A stretch of DNA of 64,000 nt from Bacteroidota bacterium. Lineage in GTDB: Bacteria > Bacteroidota > Bacteroidia > UKL13-3. Both the position numbers and the translations under genes were made by a program. This document shows positions 37,929-46,227 of the stretch, piece by piece (within the stretch, counting starts at the first letter, position 1; each line of letters opens with the position of its first letter). The notes beneath the pieces are model-generated. The model was not told the origin of the DNA, did no database searches, and saw only the letters and a program-made list of their open reading frames with translations. Location: NCBI GenBank assembly GCA_046309355.1, contig JBKCPL010000023.1, forward strand, positions 7,024 through 71,023, written 5' to 3'.

Positions 37929-38021
37929 GCGGTTATCCGTTTAGTTGTGTCATTTACGGTACAAACGTACGATTTTGTTTATATGTGAAGTCAAAACTAA
38001 TGTATTTTAGCCACAAAATTA

Positions 38022-38822
38022 GTGAACCCATTCCCAGTGCAAGCACCCGGCATCAGCATTATCTCCGACTATGGCTATGGCAGCAGCTATTTAGCATCAC
38101 TACGGGCCGTATTGCACCGGAGTTTTTCGCCTGTATGGCTAGAAGACGTGGCCCATCAGCTGCGTCTGGGCGATGTTAAGCATGCAGCGTATCTTTATAA
38201 TACAACGGTTAAACATTATCCGGAAAATACGATTCACCTGATTGCTGTTGATTGCAGTCCAATTAAATACACGCATATATGCGTTATACAGCAGCACAAT
38301 CAGTGGCTGATAGCTTATAAAAACGAATTGCTTTCGCACCTGCAACTTCATGCTGATGCACGGTATGCAGAGTGGCCTGTGAACCGCTTTTCGTTTCATC
38401 CTACATTTTCAGAACTAAGTTTGTTTCCCGAAATAATAGGTTTTATTCTGGCTAACTCCATTGAATTTAGCCCAATGCCCGAAATCGCTTCATCGGTAAA
38501 TTCCGAACGATTGATGGGAAATATGTTAAGAGGCAAAGTAGTACACGTAGATGCAGCAGAAAATATAATCAGCGACATTACCCTCGATGAGTTTACCCAT
38601 GCCCATGAAACGAATGGCCTGGGTAAGTTCATGATTTTATACAGACGTAAGGAAAAAATCAATCGCATACTCCATCATTATGACGATTTGCAAACGGGAG
38701 AATCGCTCGCATTTTTCAATTCCAGCGGATACCTGGAAATATCACAAAATATGGGGAATGCGTCTTCTCTGTTGGGTTTAAAAACGGGCGATACAGTAAT
38801 TATTGAATTTTATGATAAATAG
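38022..38822 (+). CDS. SAM hydrolase / SAM-dependent halogenase family (DUF62) protein, divergent
   Basis: 266 aa; ISIISDYGYGSSYLASLRAVL and GKVVHVDAAENIISDI resemble the family's N- and C-domain motifs, with substitutions. Confidence 0.6.
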   Translation: MNPFPVQAPGISIISDYGYGSSYLASLRAVLHRSFSPVWLEDVAHQLRLGDVKHAAYLYNTTVKHYPENTIHLIAVDCSPIKYTHICVIQQHNQWLIAYKNELLSHLQLHADARYAEWPVNRFSFHPTFSELSLFPEIIGFILANSIEFSPMPEIASSVNSERLMGNMLRGKVVHVDAAENIISDITLDEFTHAHETNGLGKFMILYRRKEKINRILHHYDDLQTGESLAFFNSSGYLEISQNMGNASSLLGLKTGDTVIIEFYDK

Positions 38823-39108
38823 AATTGTACGTATGTCGTTCGAACCGGATAAAGTGAATGAATTTGTAGATTTATTTAATGCCAGTAAACACAAAATAGC
38901 TGCGTTTCCGGGTTGCACATCACTTAAACTTCTGCGCGATGCAAACGAAGAACAGGTTTTTTTTACATACAGCACATGGGAGTCGCAGGAGCATCTTGAT
39001 GCATACCGAAAGTCTGATTTATTTAAGCAGGTGTGGTCGCGTACACGTGCACTGTTTAATTCTAAACCAATGGCATGGTCAACGCTGGTAACCGATAATG
39101 TAAAATGA
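38803..39108 (+). CDS. Antibiotic-biosynthesis-monooxygenase (ABM) fold protein
   Basis: 101 aa; FTYSTWESQEHLDAYRKSDLF typical ABM segment; the start may instead be the ATG at 38812. Confidence 0.7.
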   Translation: MNFMINRIVRMSFEPDKVNEFVDLFNASKHKIAAFPGCTSLKLLRDANEEQVFFTYSTWESQEHLDAYRKSDLFKQVWSRTRALFNSKPMAWSTLVTDNVK

Positions 39109-39902
39109 AGTATCTAATCACATTCTGTTTCATTCATCTTCTTGTACTAGGTTGGGCAAAAACAACCGACTCCCTTACAGTTAAAATCATAAACGGTAAA
39201 CGATTTATCGTTCATCGTGTTGATGCAGGTCAAACTGCTATGGCCGTTACTCGAAGATATTCTATTACATTGACCGAATTAATTAAACACAACCCACACA
39301 TAAAGCCCGATAAACTAAAAAAAGGAGAATTGGTTTACATACCGGTTTCAGATAGCTTGAGCTCCGGTGTTACGGCTGAATCCAGCGTTGACAAACTAAA
39401 TACGCATGCCAATGCCGAAGCCGAAAAATCGACACTGATAACCAGGCATACTGTTCAAGCAGGTGAAACCCTCACTAAAATTGCACAGAAATACAAGTTA
39501 AGTATGGCTGATATAATCCGTTGGAATAGCCTTCGTGACAATAAAATAGAAATAGGTCAAGTGCTGATAGTAAATGAATCGGCTGCACGCCCGCCCTATA
39601 AAGCGTGGAATAAACCCAGTCAACCATTACCTGATGAACGACCCCAAATACCAACTGAGCGCATTACTGAACAATACCTAAATATACAGGTTGTGGAAGG
39701 TGACCGAATTATGCTGAACAGATTGCCACATCCGGCATTTGTTATTCTTGAATTTACAGAAGATTCAATCACTAAACTAGTGGAGCTGAAAGAGGCTAAC
39801 GTGAACCTACCCCATCAAACTATAACTATTGGAAGAGACCTTTTAAAAGGCTGGGGAATTCACTACTACGACCAACGTGTGTTGATAAAACTTGCCGAGT
39901 AA
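39105..39902 (+). CDS. LysM domain protein (two LysM repeats)
   Basis: 265 aa; signal peptide; HRVDAGQTAMAVTRRYSITLTELIKHNP... and HTVQAGETLTKIAQKYKLSMADIIRWNSL... Confidence 0.85.
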   Translation: MKYLITFCFIHLLVLGWAKTTDSLTVKIINGKRFIVHRVDAGQTAMAVTRRYSITLTELIKHNPHIKPDKLKKGELVYIPVSDSLSSGVTAESSVDKLNTHANAEAEKSTLITRHTVQAGETLTKIAQKYKLSMADIIRWNSLRDNKIEIGQVLIVNESAARPPYKAWNKPSQPLPDERPQIPTERITEQYLNIQVVEGDRIMLNRLPHPAFVILEFTEDSITKLVELKEANVNLPHQTITIGRDLLKGWGIHYYDQRVLIKLAE

Positions 39903-39904
39903 CG

Positions 39905-41533
39905 CTATTCGGTCGTGTTGTTTATGTTAAACCTAGGTGCTTTATACGCCATATTACGGTATTGCTCAGGAATGGTAGTCTGATTTCCATCGCGCAGCGA
40001 TGTGTAGGCGGGCGACATTATCTCAATACCATTTTCGTTAAACGTATCTTGTATGTGTGAGTGAAGCGAAGAATAAATCTGCTGCATGTTTGCAGGAAAT
40101 TCGGTATACGCATTCAACTGATACGTTACATAATAATCATCAAGACTTAGTTGAAACACAAAAGGGCTTTGCTTAGTACTTAACCCTTCCGTTCGCTGTG
40201 CTGCCAATAAAAGCGCATGTTCGACACTTTTCCAGGGCACATCGTAACCGATAGTTACCGTTGTATGTAATATAAGTCCCTCCTGAGACGCAAAGGCTGA
40301 ATAATTAGTAACCGAGCCGCTTAATATAGACGAGTTAGGTATAGTAATGGATTCATTTTTTATAGTACGAATACGTGTAACCAGCATCGTTTTTTCGATT
40401 ACATCACCAGTCAGTTCACCCACTTTTATACGGTCGCCCGGCTTAAACGGCCGCATGTAGGTAATAACGAGGCCGGCTATCAGGTTAGTTATAGCCGATG
40501 ATGAACCCAACGACAACAGCAATCCTAAAAATACACTTACACCCTGAAATGCAGGGCTACCCGAACCCGGCAGGTAAGGGAATACCACTACCAGCGTAAA
40601 CGCATAAAGTAAAAAACGAACGATATTGAATGTAGGTCTGGCCCAATCGGGGTGAAATCCGCTCAATACTATTTTTTCAGTCTCCAGCTGATCGCTGATG
40701 TATCTTACTATACGGATTACAAATCGCATAATGAACCACACGATAAGAATGGTAAATAAATTGGGAACAAATGACCAGATGGCCTGTATAATCTGGCGAG
40801 CCGGTGTAAGCGTCCAATCAATAATCAAAACGGTTACCTGTTCGGTTTCGGGAAACACGGCAAACATAAATGGAAGTGAGGCATACGTTGTAACCACTAT
40901 CAGCAAAATGCGGATCAAACGTAACAAGCGCATGGTGTAGAGCACCTGCGTTTGTGGAGTTAGCCATTGATTTTCTCCGATACGAATACCGTTTGCCCAT
41001 GATTCGCGGGTTTTGAACAAGCGGGTAGTAAACAATTTAAAAAGCGTGTTAATACCATAAATGATGGCGAGCAGAAAGCATGCAATGGCAGCCAGTTTTA
41101 GTAAACGTAAAAATAGATTCTCAAAGCTGTGTTGTTCTGTCTGGTAGTGAAGTGCAGCAGCTATTTTTGTACAGTACAGTTCAGCCAGCTGCTTGCGTGT
41201 TAGGCCTTCATGTGCGGCATCAAAATCACTAACCACCATCAGTACGGTAGAATTATCGTATAGCAGTTCGGTTACCGATTGCTGTTCAGAAACAGTAAGC
41301 TGATCGGGACGAAATAAGCCACGTTCGTAAATTTGAATAAGACGTTTGCCAATAGCCTGGCTGCGGTCTTCGGCATTTAGCTGACTAATGGGACTGTTAA
41401 CGCTAAATACCGTGTCACCCATAAAGATGACTGGCGCAGCGTATGCAGTATCGTTGGCTGCATGTACCGTTGGTATCAGGCTAAAAACCGACAAAACAAA
41501 GGCAACGTATCGTATAAACAAGTGATTAATCAT
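39905..41533 (-). CDS. Mechanosensitive ion channel (MscS family) protein
   Basis: 542 aa; signal peptide plus multiple TM helices; PFKPGDRIKVGELTGDVIEKTMLVTRIRT MscS beta-domain motif. Confidence 0.88.
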   Translation of the reverse strand: MINHLFIRYVAFVLSVFSLIPTVHAANDTAYAAPVIFMGDTVFSVNSPISQLNAEDRSQAIGKRLIQIYERGLFRPDQLTVSEQQSVTELLYDNSTVLMVVSDFDAAHEGLTRKQLAELYCTKIAAALHYQTEQHSFENLFLRLLKLAAIACFLLAIIYGINTLFKLFTTRLFKTRESWANGIRIGENQWLTPQTQVLYTMRLLRLIRILLIVVTTYASLPFMFAVFPETEQVTVLIIDWTLTPARQIIQAIWSFVPNLFTILIVWFIMRFVIRIVRYISDQLETEKIVLSGFHPDWARPTFNIVRFLLYAFTLVVVFPYLPGSGSPAFQGVSVFLGLLLSLGSSSAITNLIAGLVITYMRPFKPGDRIKVGELTGDVIEKTMLVTRIRTIKNESITIPNSSILSGSVTNYSAFASQEGLILHTTVTIGYDVPWKSVEHALLLAAQRTEGLSTKQSPFVFQLSLDDYYVTYQLNAYTEFPANMQQIYSSLHSHIQDTFNENGIEIMSPAYTSLRDGNQTTIPEQYRNMAYKAPRFNINNTTE

Positions 41534-41554
41534 ACTGCAATATACAACTTACAC

Positions 41555-43660
41555 TCACGAAATTCGGCTCCAGCGAGATTGACGTGTATATGCCTCAAAA
41601 TACAGCTTAAGTTTACTATGTATCGGACTAGCCAATTCCGGATCTGTGGCTATGATGTGTCGCGCTGCCTCACGTGCGGCTTGTAACACGAGTTGGTCTT
41701 TGGCCAAATCGGCAATGCGTAAATCAAGCACACCACTTTGCTGTGTGCCTTCCAGCTCGCCCGGACCACGTAGCTTTAAATCAATTTCAGCAATCTCGAA
41801 ACCGTTGTTGGTATCGCACATGGTTTTCATACGCAATTTTGCATCGTTTCCAAGCTTGTAGCCTGTCATCAGTATGCAATAGCTTTGTTCAGCACCACGC
41901 CCTACCCTGCCACGCAGCTGATGCAACTGCGACAGACCAAAACGTTCGGCACTTTCAATAATCATAACACTTGCATTGGGTACATTTACACCTACTTCAA
42001 TAACTGTAGTCGCCACCATAATATGTGCTTCTCCACTAACAAAACGCTGCATCTCGCGGTCTTTGTCGGCCGTTTTCATTTTCCCGTGTACCATACATAT
42101 CTGATACTGTGGTTGAGGAAATAATTTTTGAATTTCATCAAATCCCTGCTGCAAATTCATGTAATCCATCTTCTCACTTTCTTCTATGAGGGGATATACA
42201 ATATATATCTGTCTGCCTCTGGCTATTTGTTCCCGCATAAATCCGATTACGCGCAAACGGTTACTTTCAAACCTGTGTTCTGTTTTTATAGGCTTACGGC
42301 CTGCAGGTAATTCATCAATTACCGACACATCCAAATCGCCATAAAGAGTCATAGCCAGAGTTCGGGGTATGGGTGTAGCTGTCATAACCAGCACATGTGG
42401 CGGATAGTTATTTTTCTTCCACAACTTCGCGCGTTGCTCAACACCGAAACGGTGCTGTTCATCAATAACTGCAAGTCCCAGATTTTGAAATTGCACAACC
42501 TCTTCTATCAAGGCATGTGTACCAATGAGAAAGTGTATAGAACCCGATGCGATACCGGCTAATATTTCTTTACGCACCTTTGTAGTGGTGGAACCTGTTA
42601 GCAAAGCTATATTCAGCGGCATATCGCCTAGTAGTTTAGTAATCGTTTCAAAATGTTGTTGTGCCAGAATTTCGGTAGGTGCCATCATACATGCCTGAAA
42701 TCCATTATCGATAGCCATGAGCATACACATCAGTGCTACTACTGTTTTTCCGCTGCCAACATCGCCTTGCAGCAGCCTATTCATTTGCTTACCCGATTTT
42801 ACATCGGCACGAATTTCTTTGAGTACTCGTTTTTGTGCCTGTGTGAGTTCAAACGGCAAATACCGGTTATAAAATGTATTAAATGCTGCTCCTATTTTCT
42901 CGAGTCGGATGCCGTTGTATACACTTGCACGTGCATGTTTGTACCGAAGCAACCGCAGTTGAATAAAAAATAATTCCTCAAACTTCAAGCGCTTTTCGGC
43001 TTCGGCCAGCATGCTGTGAGAAGAAGGGAAATGTATTTGAATAAATGCTTCCTGACGAGGCATTAATTTTTGTACCTGCAACAAATCAGCGGGCAGGTTT
43101 TCTATCATACTAAATTCAGGATGGGTAACTAGCGCGTGGGTTAATTTCATGAGCGTACGTGTATCGAGCGTTTTAGCCCTCATACGCTCAGTAATACTAT
43201 ACATCGGCATTATGTTCAGGTACTTTTTATCGGCTTCCTGCTCAGGATCATCCAGCGTTGGATGTGCCATATTAAATGTACGGTTGAATAAAGTAGGTTT
43301 GCCAAAAACCAGATACGTTTTATTTTCCTTCAATGCCTCTTTTACCCATTTTATTCCCTGAAACCACACCAGTTCCATTCGCCCGGTGCCGTCAGTAAGG
43401 TCGGCTACCAGGCGTTGACCGCGCTTTTGACCCAAAAGCCGGATATTGTTTACTTTGCCTTTTACCTGAACATACGCCATATCTTCACTTAACTCAGAAA
43501 TGGAATGTATCTGAGAACGGTCGATGTGGCGGTACGGAAAGTGAAACAACAAATCGTGAAACGTAAAAATGCCTAACTCCTTTTTAAGCAATTCAGCACG
43601 GTTGGTGCCCACCCCTTTTAAGTACTCGATTGGCGTATCTAAAAATGCCATACCCTGCAA
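41555..43660 (-). CDS. recG: ATP-dependent DNA helicase RecG
   Basis: 701 aa; LKGVGTNRAELL wedge region, GDVGSGKT, DEQHRFG, TATPIPRT helicase motifs. The start may instead be the MAFLDTP Met, 3 codons in. Confidence 0.95.
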   Translation of the reverse strand: MQGMAFLDTPIEYLKGVGTNRAELLKKELGIFTFHDLLFHFPYRHIDRSQIHSISELSEDMAYVQVKGKVNNIRLLGQKRGQRLVADLTDGTGRMELVWFQGIKWVKEALKENKTYLVFGKPTLFNRTFNMAHPTLDDPEQEADKKYLNIMPMYSITERMRAKTLDTRTLMKLTHALVTHPEFSMIENLPADLLQVQKLMPRQEAFIQIHFPSSHSMLAEAEKRLKFEELFFIQLRLLRYKHARASVYNGIRLEKIGAAFNTFYNRYLPFELTQAQKRVLKEIRADVKSGKQMNRLLQGDVGSGKTVVALMCMLMAIDNGFQACMMAPTEILAQQHFETITKLLGDMPLNIALLTGSTTTKVRKEILAGIASGSIHFLIGTHALIEEVVQFQNLGLAVIDEQHRFGVEQRAKLWKKNNYPPHVLVMTATPIPRTLAMTLYGDLDVSVIDELPAGRKPIKTEHRFESNRLRVIGFMREQIARGRQIYIVYPLIEESEKMDYMNLQQGFDEIQKLFPQPQYQICMVHGKMKTADKDREMQRFVSGEAHIMVATTVIEVGVNVPNASVMIIESAERFGLSQLHQLRGRVGRGAEQSYCILMTGYKLGNDAKLRMKTMCDTNNGFEIAEIDLKLRGPGELEGTQQSGVLDLRIADLAKDQLVLQAAREAARHIIATDPELASPIHSKLKLYFEAYTRQSRWSRIS

Positions 43661-43801
43661 GTATACGATTTATCCTAAATTCATAAATCGAACCTATGAT
43701 ATAAGGTACTGATCTAGGTAACAGCCACTGCGAAATGAATAGCCGCTAAGTTTATCTACTAATGGTGGAGAAAAAACACTTCTATTAAACATGCATAAGC
43801 A

Positions 43802-43809
43802 TAGGTTTG
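43802..43809 (+). promoter_or_regulatory. -7 promoter box TAGGTTTG, 6 nt upstream of the WG-repeat gene ATG
   Basis: Perfect TAnnTTTG match; it overlaps the track's TTG start at 43807, so I moved the CDS start to the ATG at 43816. Confidence 0.45.
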
Positions 43810-43815
43810 TATGCT

Positions 43816-44931
43816 ATGAAGAGGTATTTACTCATTTATAGTTTACTGTGTGCAGGCATTACGATGCAGGCTCAGACTTTATTCCCGGTCGAAGTAAAGG
43901 GGAAATTCGGGTATATGAATAACGAAGGGAGCATAAGTATACCTGCCATATATGACTATGCCGATGATTTTAGCGAAGGCCATGCTGTTGTTGCTCTTAA
44001 CCGTATGCCATGCCTCATCAACATGCAAAACAAACGTATAATTGACACCGGCTTATACCAGAACATAGGTATGCTGTCCGAAGGGCTAATTTCAGTAACG
44101 GATTTCAAACGCAATAAATACTACATCAACCTTAAAAACGAGCCTGTCATTCAGCTTCCCGGCAATACGTATGAAGCACGTACTTTCCGCCATGGTTATG
44201 CCGTAGTTTCACGTCAGGTAGAGTATCATGAAACAAAGTTTGGCAAGGATGTGGGCACCGTAATATTTGTATTTGGCTACATTGACAGAAGTGGCAGGCA
44301 GGTCTCATCGTTTGACTACGAAGATGCAGATGATTTTTTTAACGGATTTGCCCGTGTAAAAAAGGGTGGACGGTTTGGAATGATTAACACCCGCATGCAG
44401 GAAGTCATACCTGCGCAATTTGAACGTGTGGGTGACGTTTCGCAAAACCGGATTGTGGTTAGTGAAAACAATAAATTTGGTGCATTGGATACCAACGGAC
44501 GCTGGGCAATAAAACCGGTTTATGAATTGCTATTCCCGGCCACTGATGGCATGTTGGGGTTTATGCAAAAAAATCAGTTCGGTTTTATCGATGTGAATGG
44601 AGGTGAAAAGGTGCCTGCAGTTTATGCCGCAATTAAACCTTTTGCCGAAGGCAAGGCAGCTGTCTTAAAAGATGGCAAATGGGGATTTATCAATGCCTCC
44701 AACGAGTGGGTTTTGCGAAATGTATTTGATGATGCATCCGTATTCAGCGAAGGCATGTGTGCAATATTGTATAAGCGACAATGGGGTTTTATTGATGCCA
44801 CCGGTAAAGTCGTAATTCCTACACAATTTGATGCTGTAGGTTCATTCAGCAATGGCATAGCTGATGTGGTATACCGAGATATTCCGCTTTACATAAACAA
44901 ACGTGGGGAGTTTTTACCTATACTGAAATAG
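43816..44931 (+). CDS. WG-repeat (KWG) containing secreted protein
   Basis: 371 aa; signal peptide MKRYLLIYSLLCAGITMQAQ; repeated (K/Q/R)(F/W)G(Y/F/M)I(N/D) units (KFGYMN, RFGMIN, QFGFID, KWGFIN, QWGFID). Confidence 0.8.
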   Translation: MKRYLLIYSLLCAGITMQAQTLFPVEVKGKFGYMNNEGSISIPAIYDYADDFSEGHAVVALNRMPCLINMQNKRIIDTGLYQNIGMLSEGLISVTDFKRNKYYINLKNEPVIQLPGNTYEARTFRHGYAVVSRQVEYHETKFGKDVGTVIFVFGYIDRSGRQVSSFDYEDADDFFNGFARVKKGGRFGMINTRMQEVIPAQFERVGDVSQNRIVVSENNKFGALDTNGRWAIKPVYELLFPATDGMLGFMQKNQFGFIDVNGGEKVPAVYAAIKPFAEGKAAVLKDGKWGFINASNEWVLRNVFDDASVFSEGMCAILYKRQWGFIDATGKVVIPTQFDAVGSFSNGIADVVYRDIPLYINKRGEFLPILK

Positions 44932-44943
44932 TACACATAGTGA

Positions 44944-46227
44944 TTATTCACGTTTTCTGAAAACAAACTCTACCCTTCGATTCATTTGCCTTCCTTCTTC
45001 GGTATCATTTGGCACCAGCGGTTGCGCCTCACCTTTGCCTTCATATGTCACTCTGCTTTTTGTAACTCCTTTTTCAATTAGGTACAGGGCACAGGCTTTT
45101 GCCCGCTCTGCTGATAATTTTTGATTATACGCTTCGGTATTGATGCTATCGGTGTGTCCGGTGAGGTGAATGGATAACTCTGAATACCGTTGCATAATAT
45201 CAGCGATGGAATTCAGCTCGTCAAGCGACTGAGGTAAGAGTACACTTTTATCTGTTTCGAATACTACGTTCTGCAGTGTATAGGTTACATCCGTTTTTAA
45301 TTCGGGTTCGTGATTCATCAACGAATCATGCTGAGTTGCATATTCGGCATATGCATTTTCGGGTACCAGCGATATGTTATCAAAGTAATAGCGCGTATCG
45401 TAGCTAATGTATTTAACCGGCTCTACCAATGTATCCAGTATTGGGTCAAAAACGTTATGAATAGAATCTACCTGTTGGCGGTACCATTTATCCATTTTTC
45501 GCACCTGCTTTTTATACCTGCGGTACTGCTTATTTTTGCTGGTTCCCCACTCAGACGAAGGCATGTACAATGTTTGGTGATTATATACTGTTTGCGCAAT
45601 ATCCAGTGCCTTTTTCTTGCCTTCGTTATAGTAAAAATACAGATTGCTGTTTTCCGTATTTACCGGGTTTATCAATCGTCCTATCAGCATAAATTTTTCA
45701 TTGCCGCTGGCTATGTAGGTTTGTGTATAGGTATAGAATGTTTCGGGTTCTTGCACCTTATTCAAGTCCAGACTAATATGAGCTTGTGCAGAAATTAAAA
45801 CACGCGTTGATACATCAAACGGGGTATCTGAAAAGTGTATGTGAACCGCATCAGGATACGATTCACTCCAAACCTTATCTTTTAATGAACGCATCAGTTC
45901 AAGTTGCAACGTATACGTTTCGCCTGATTTTAAAGGCTGTTTTAACTCCACCAGTAAATACTCTGTTTCTCCCGGACTTACTAAACAAATACCATTAATG
46001 GATTCAAGACGCATGCGGTCGCGCTTTACCCATCGCTTCTCATAGTGGTAATACATATTTACCGGTTGCTGCCAGTACAATACCAGACCATATTCATCTT
46101 CTTCAAAGTTTCCGTTGGGCACCAGGTTTTGAGCAACTAATATTAAATTACCTGCACATGAGAATACCACTAGCAGTAGTATTTGCCGAATAGTATCATG
46201 CCTGACAGCCGCTAACCGAAATATCAA
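44944..46227 (-). CDS. OmpA-family protein (N-terminal beta-sandwich-like region plus C-terminal OmpA domain)
   Basis: 427 aa; C-terminal LTGHTDSINTEAYNQKLSAERAKA...NRRVEFV OmpA_C signature. Confidence 0.85.
   Translation of the reverse strand: MIFRLAAVRHDTIRQILLLVVFSCAGNLILVAQNLVPNGNFEEDEYGLVLYWQQPVNMYYHYEKRWVKRDRMRLESINGICLVSPGETEYLLVELKQPLKSGETYTLQLELMRSLKDKVWSESYPDAVHIHFSDTPFDVSTRVLISAQAHISLDLNKVQEPETFYTYTQTYIASGNEKFMLIGRLINPVNTENSNLYFYYNEGKKKALDIAQTVYNHQTLYMPSSEWGTSKNKQYRRYKKQVRKMDKWYRQQVDSIHNVFDPILDTLVEPVKYISYDTRYYFDNISLVPENAYAEYATQHDSLMNHEPELKTDVTYTLQNVVFETDKSVLLPQSLDELNSIADIMQRYSELSIHLTGHTDSINTEAYNQKLSAERAKACALYLIEKGVTKSRVTYEGKGEAQPLVPNDTEEGRQMNRRVEFVFRKRE

Noticed and set aside
45310-45798. 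162-aa ORF on the + strand
   Set aside because: It is antisense to the OmpA-family gene and has no motifs.
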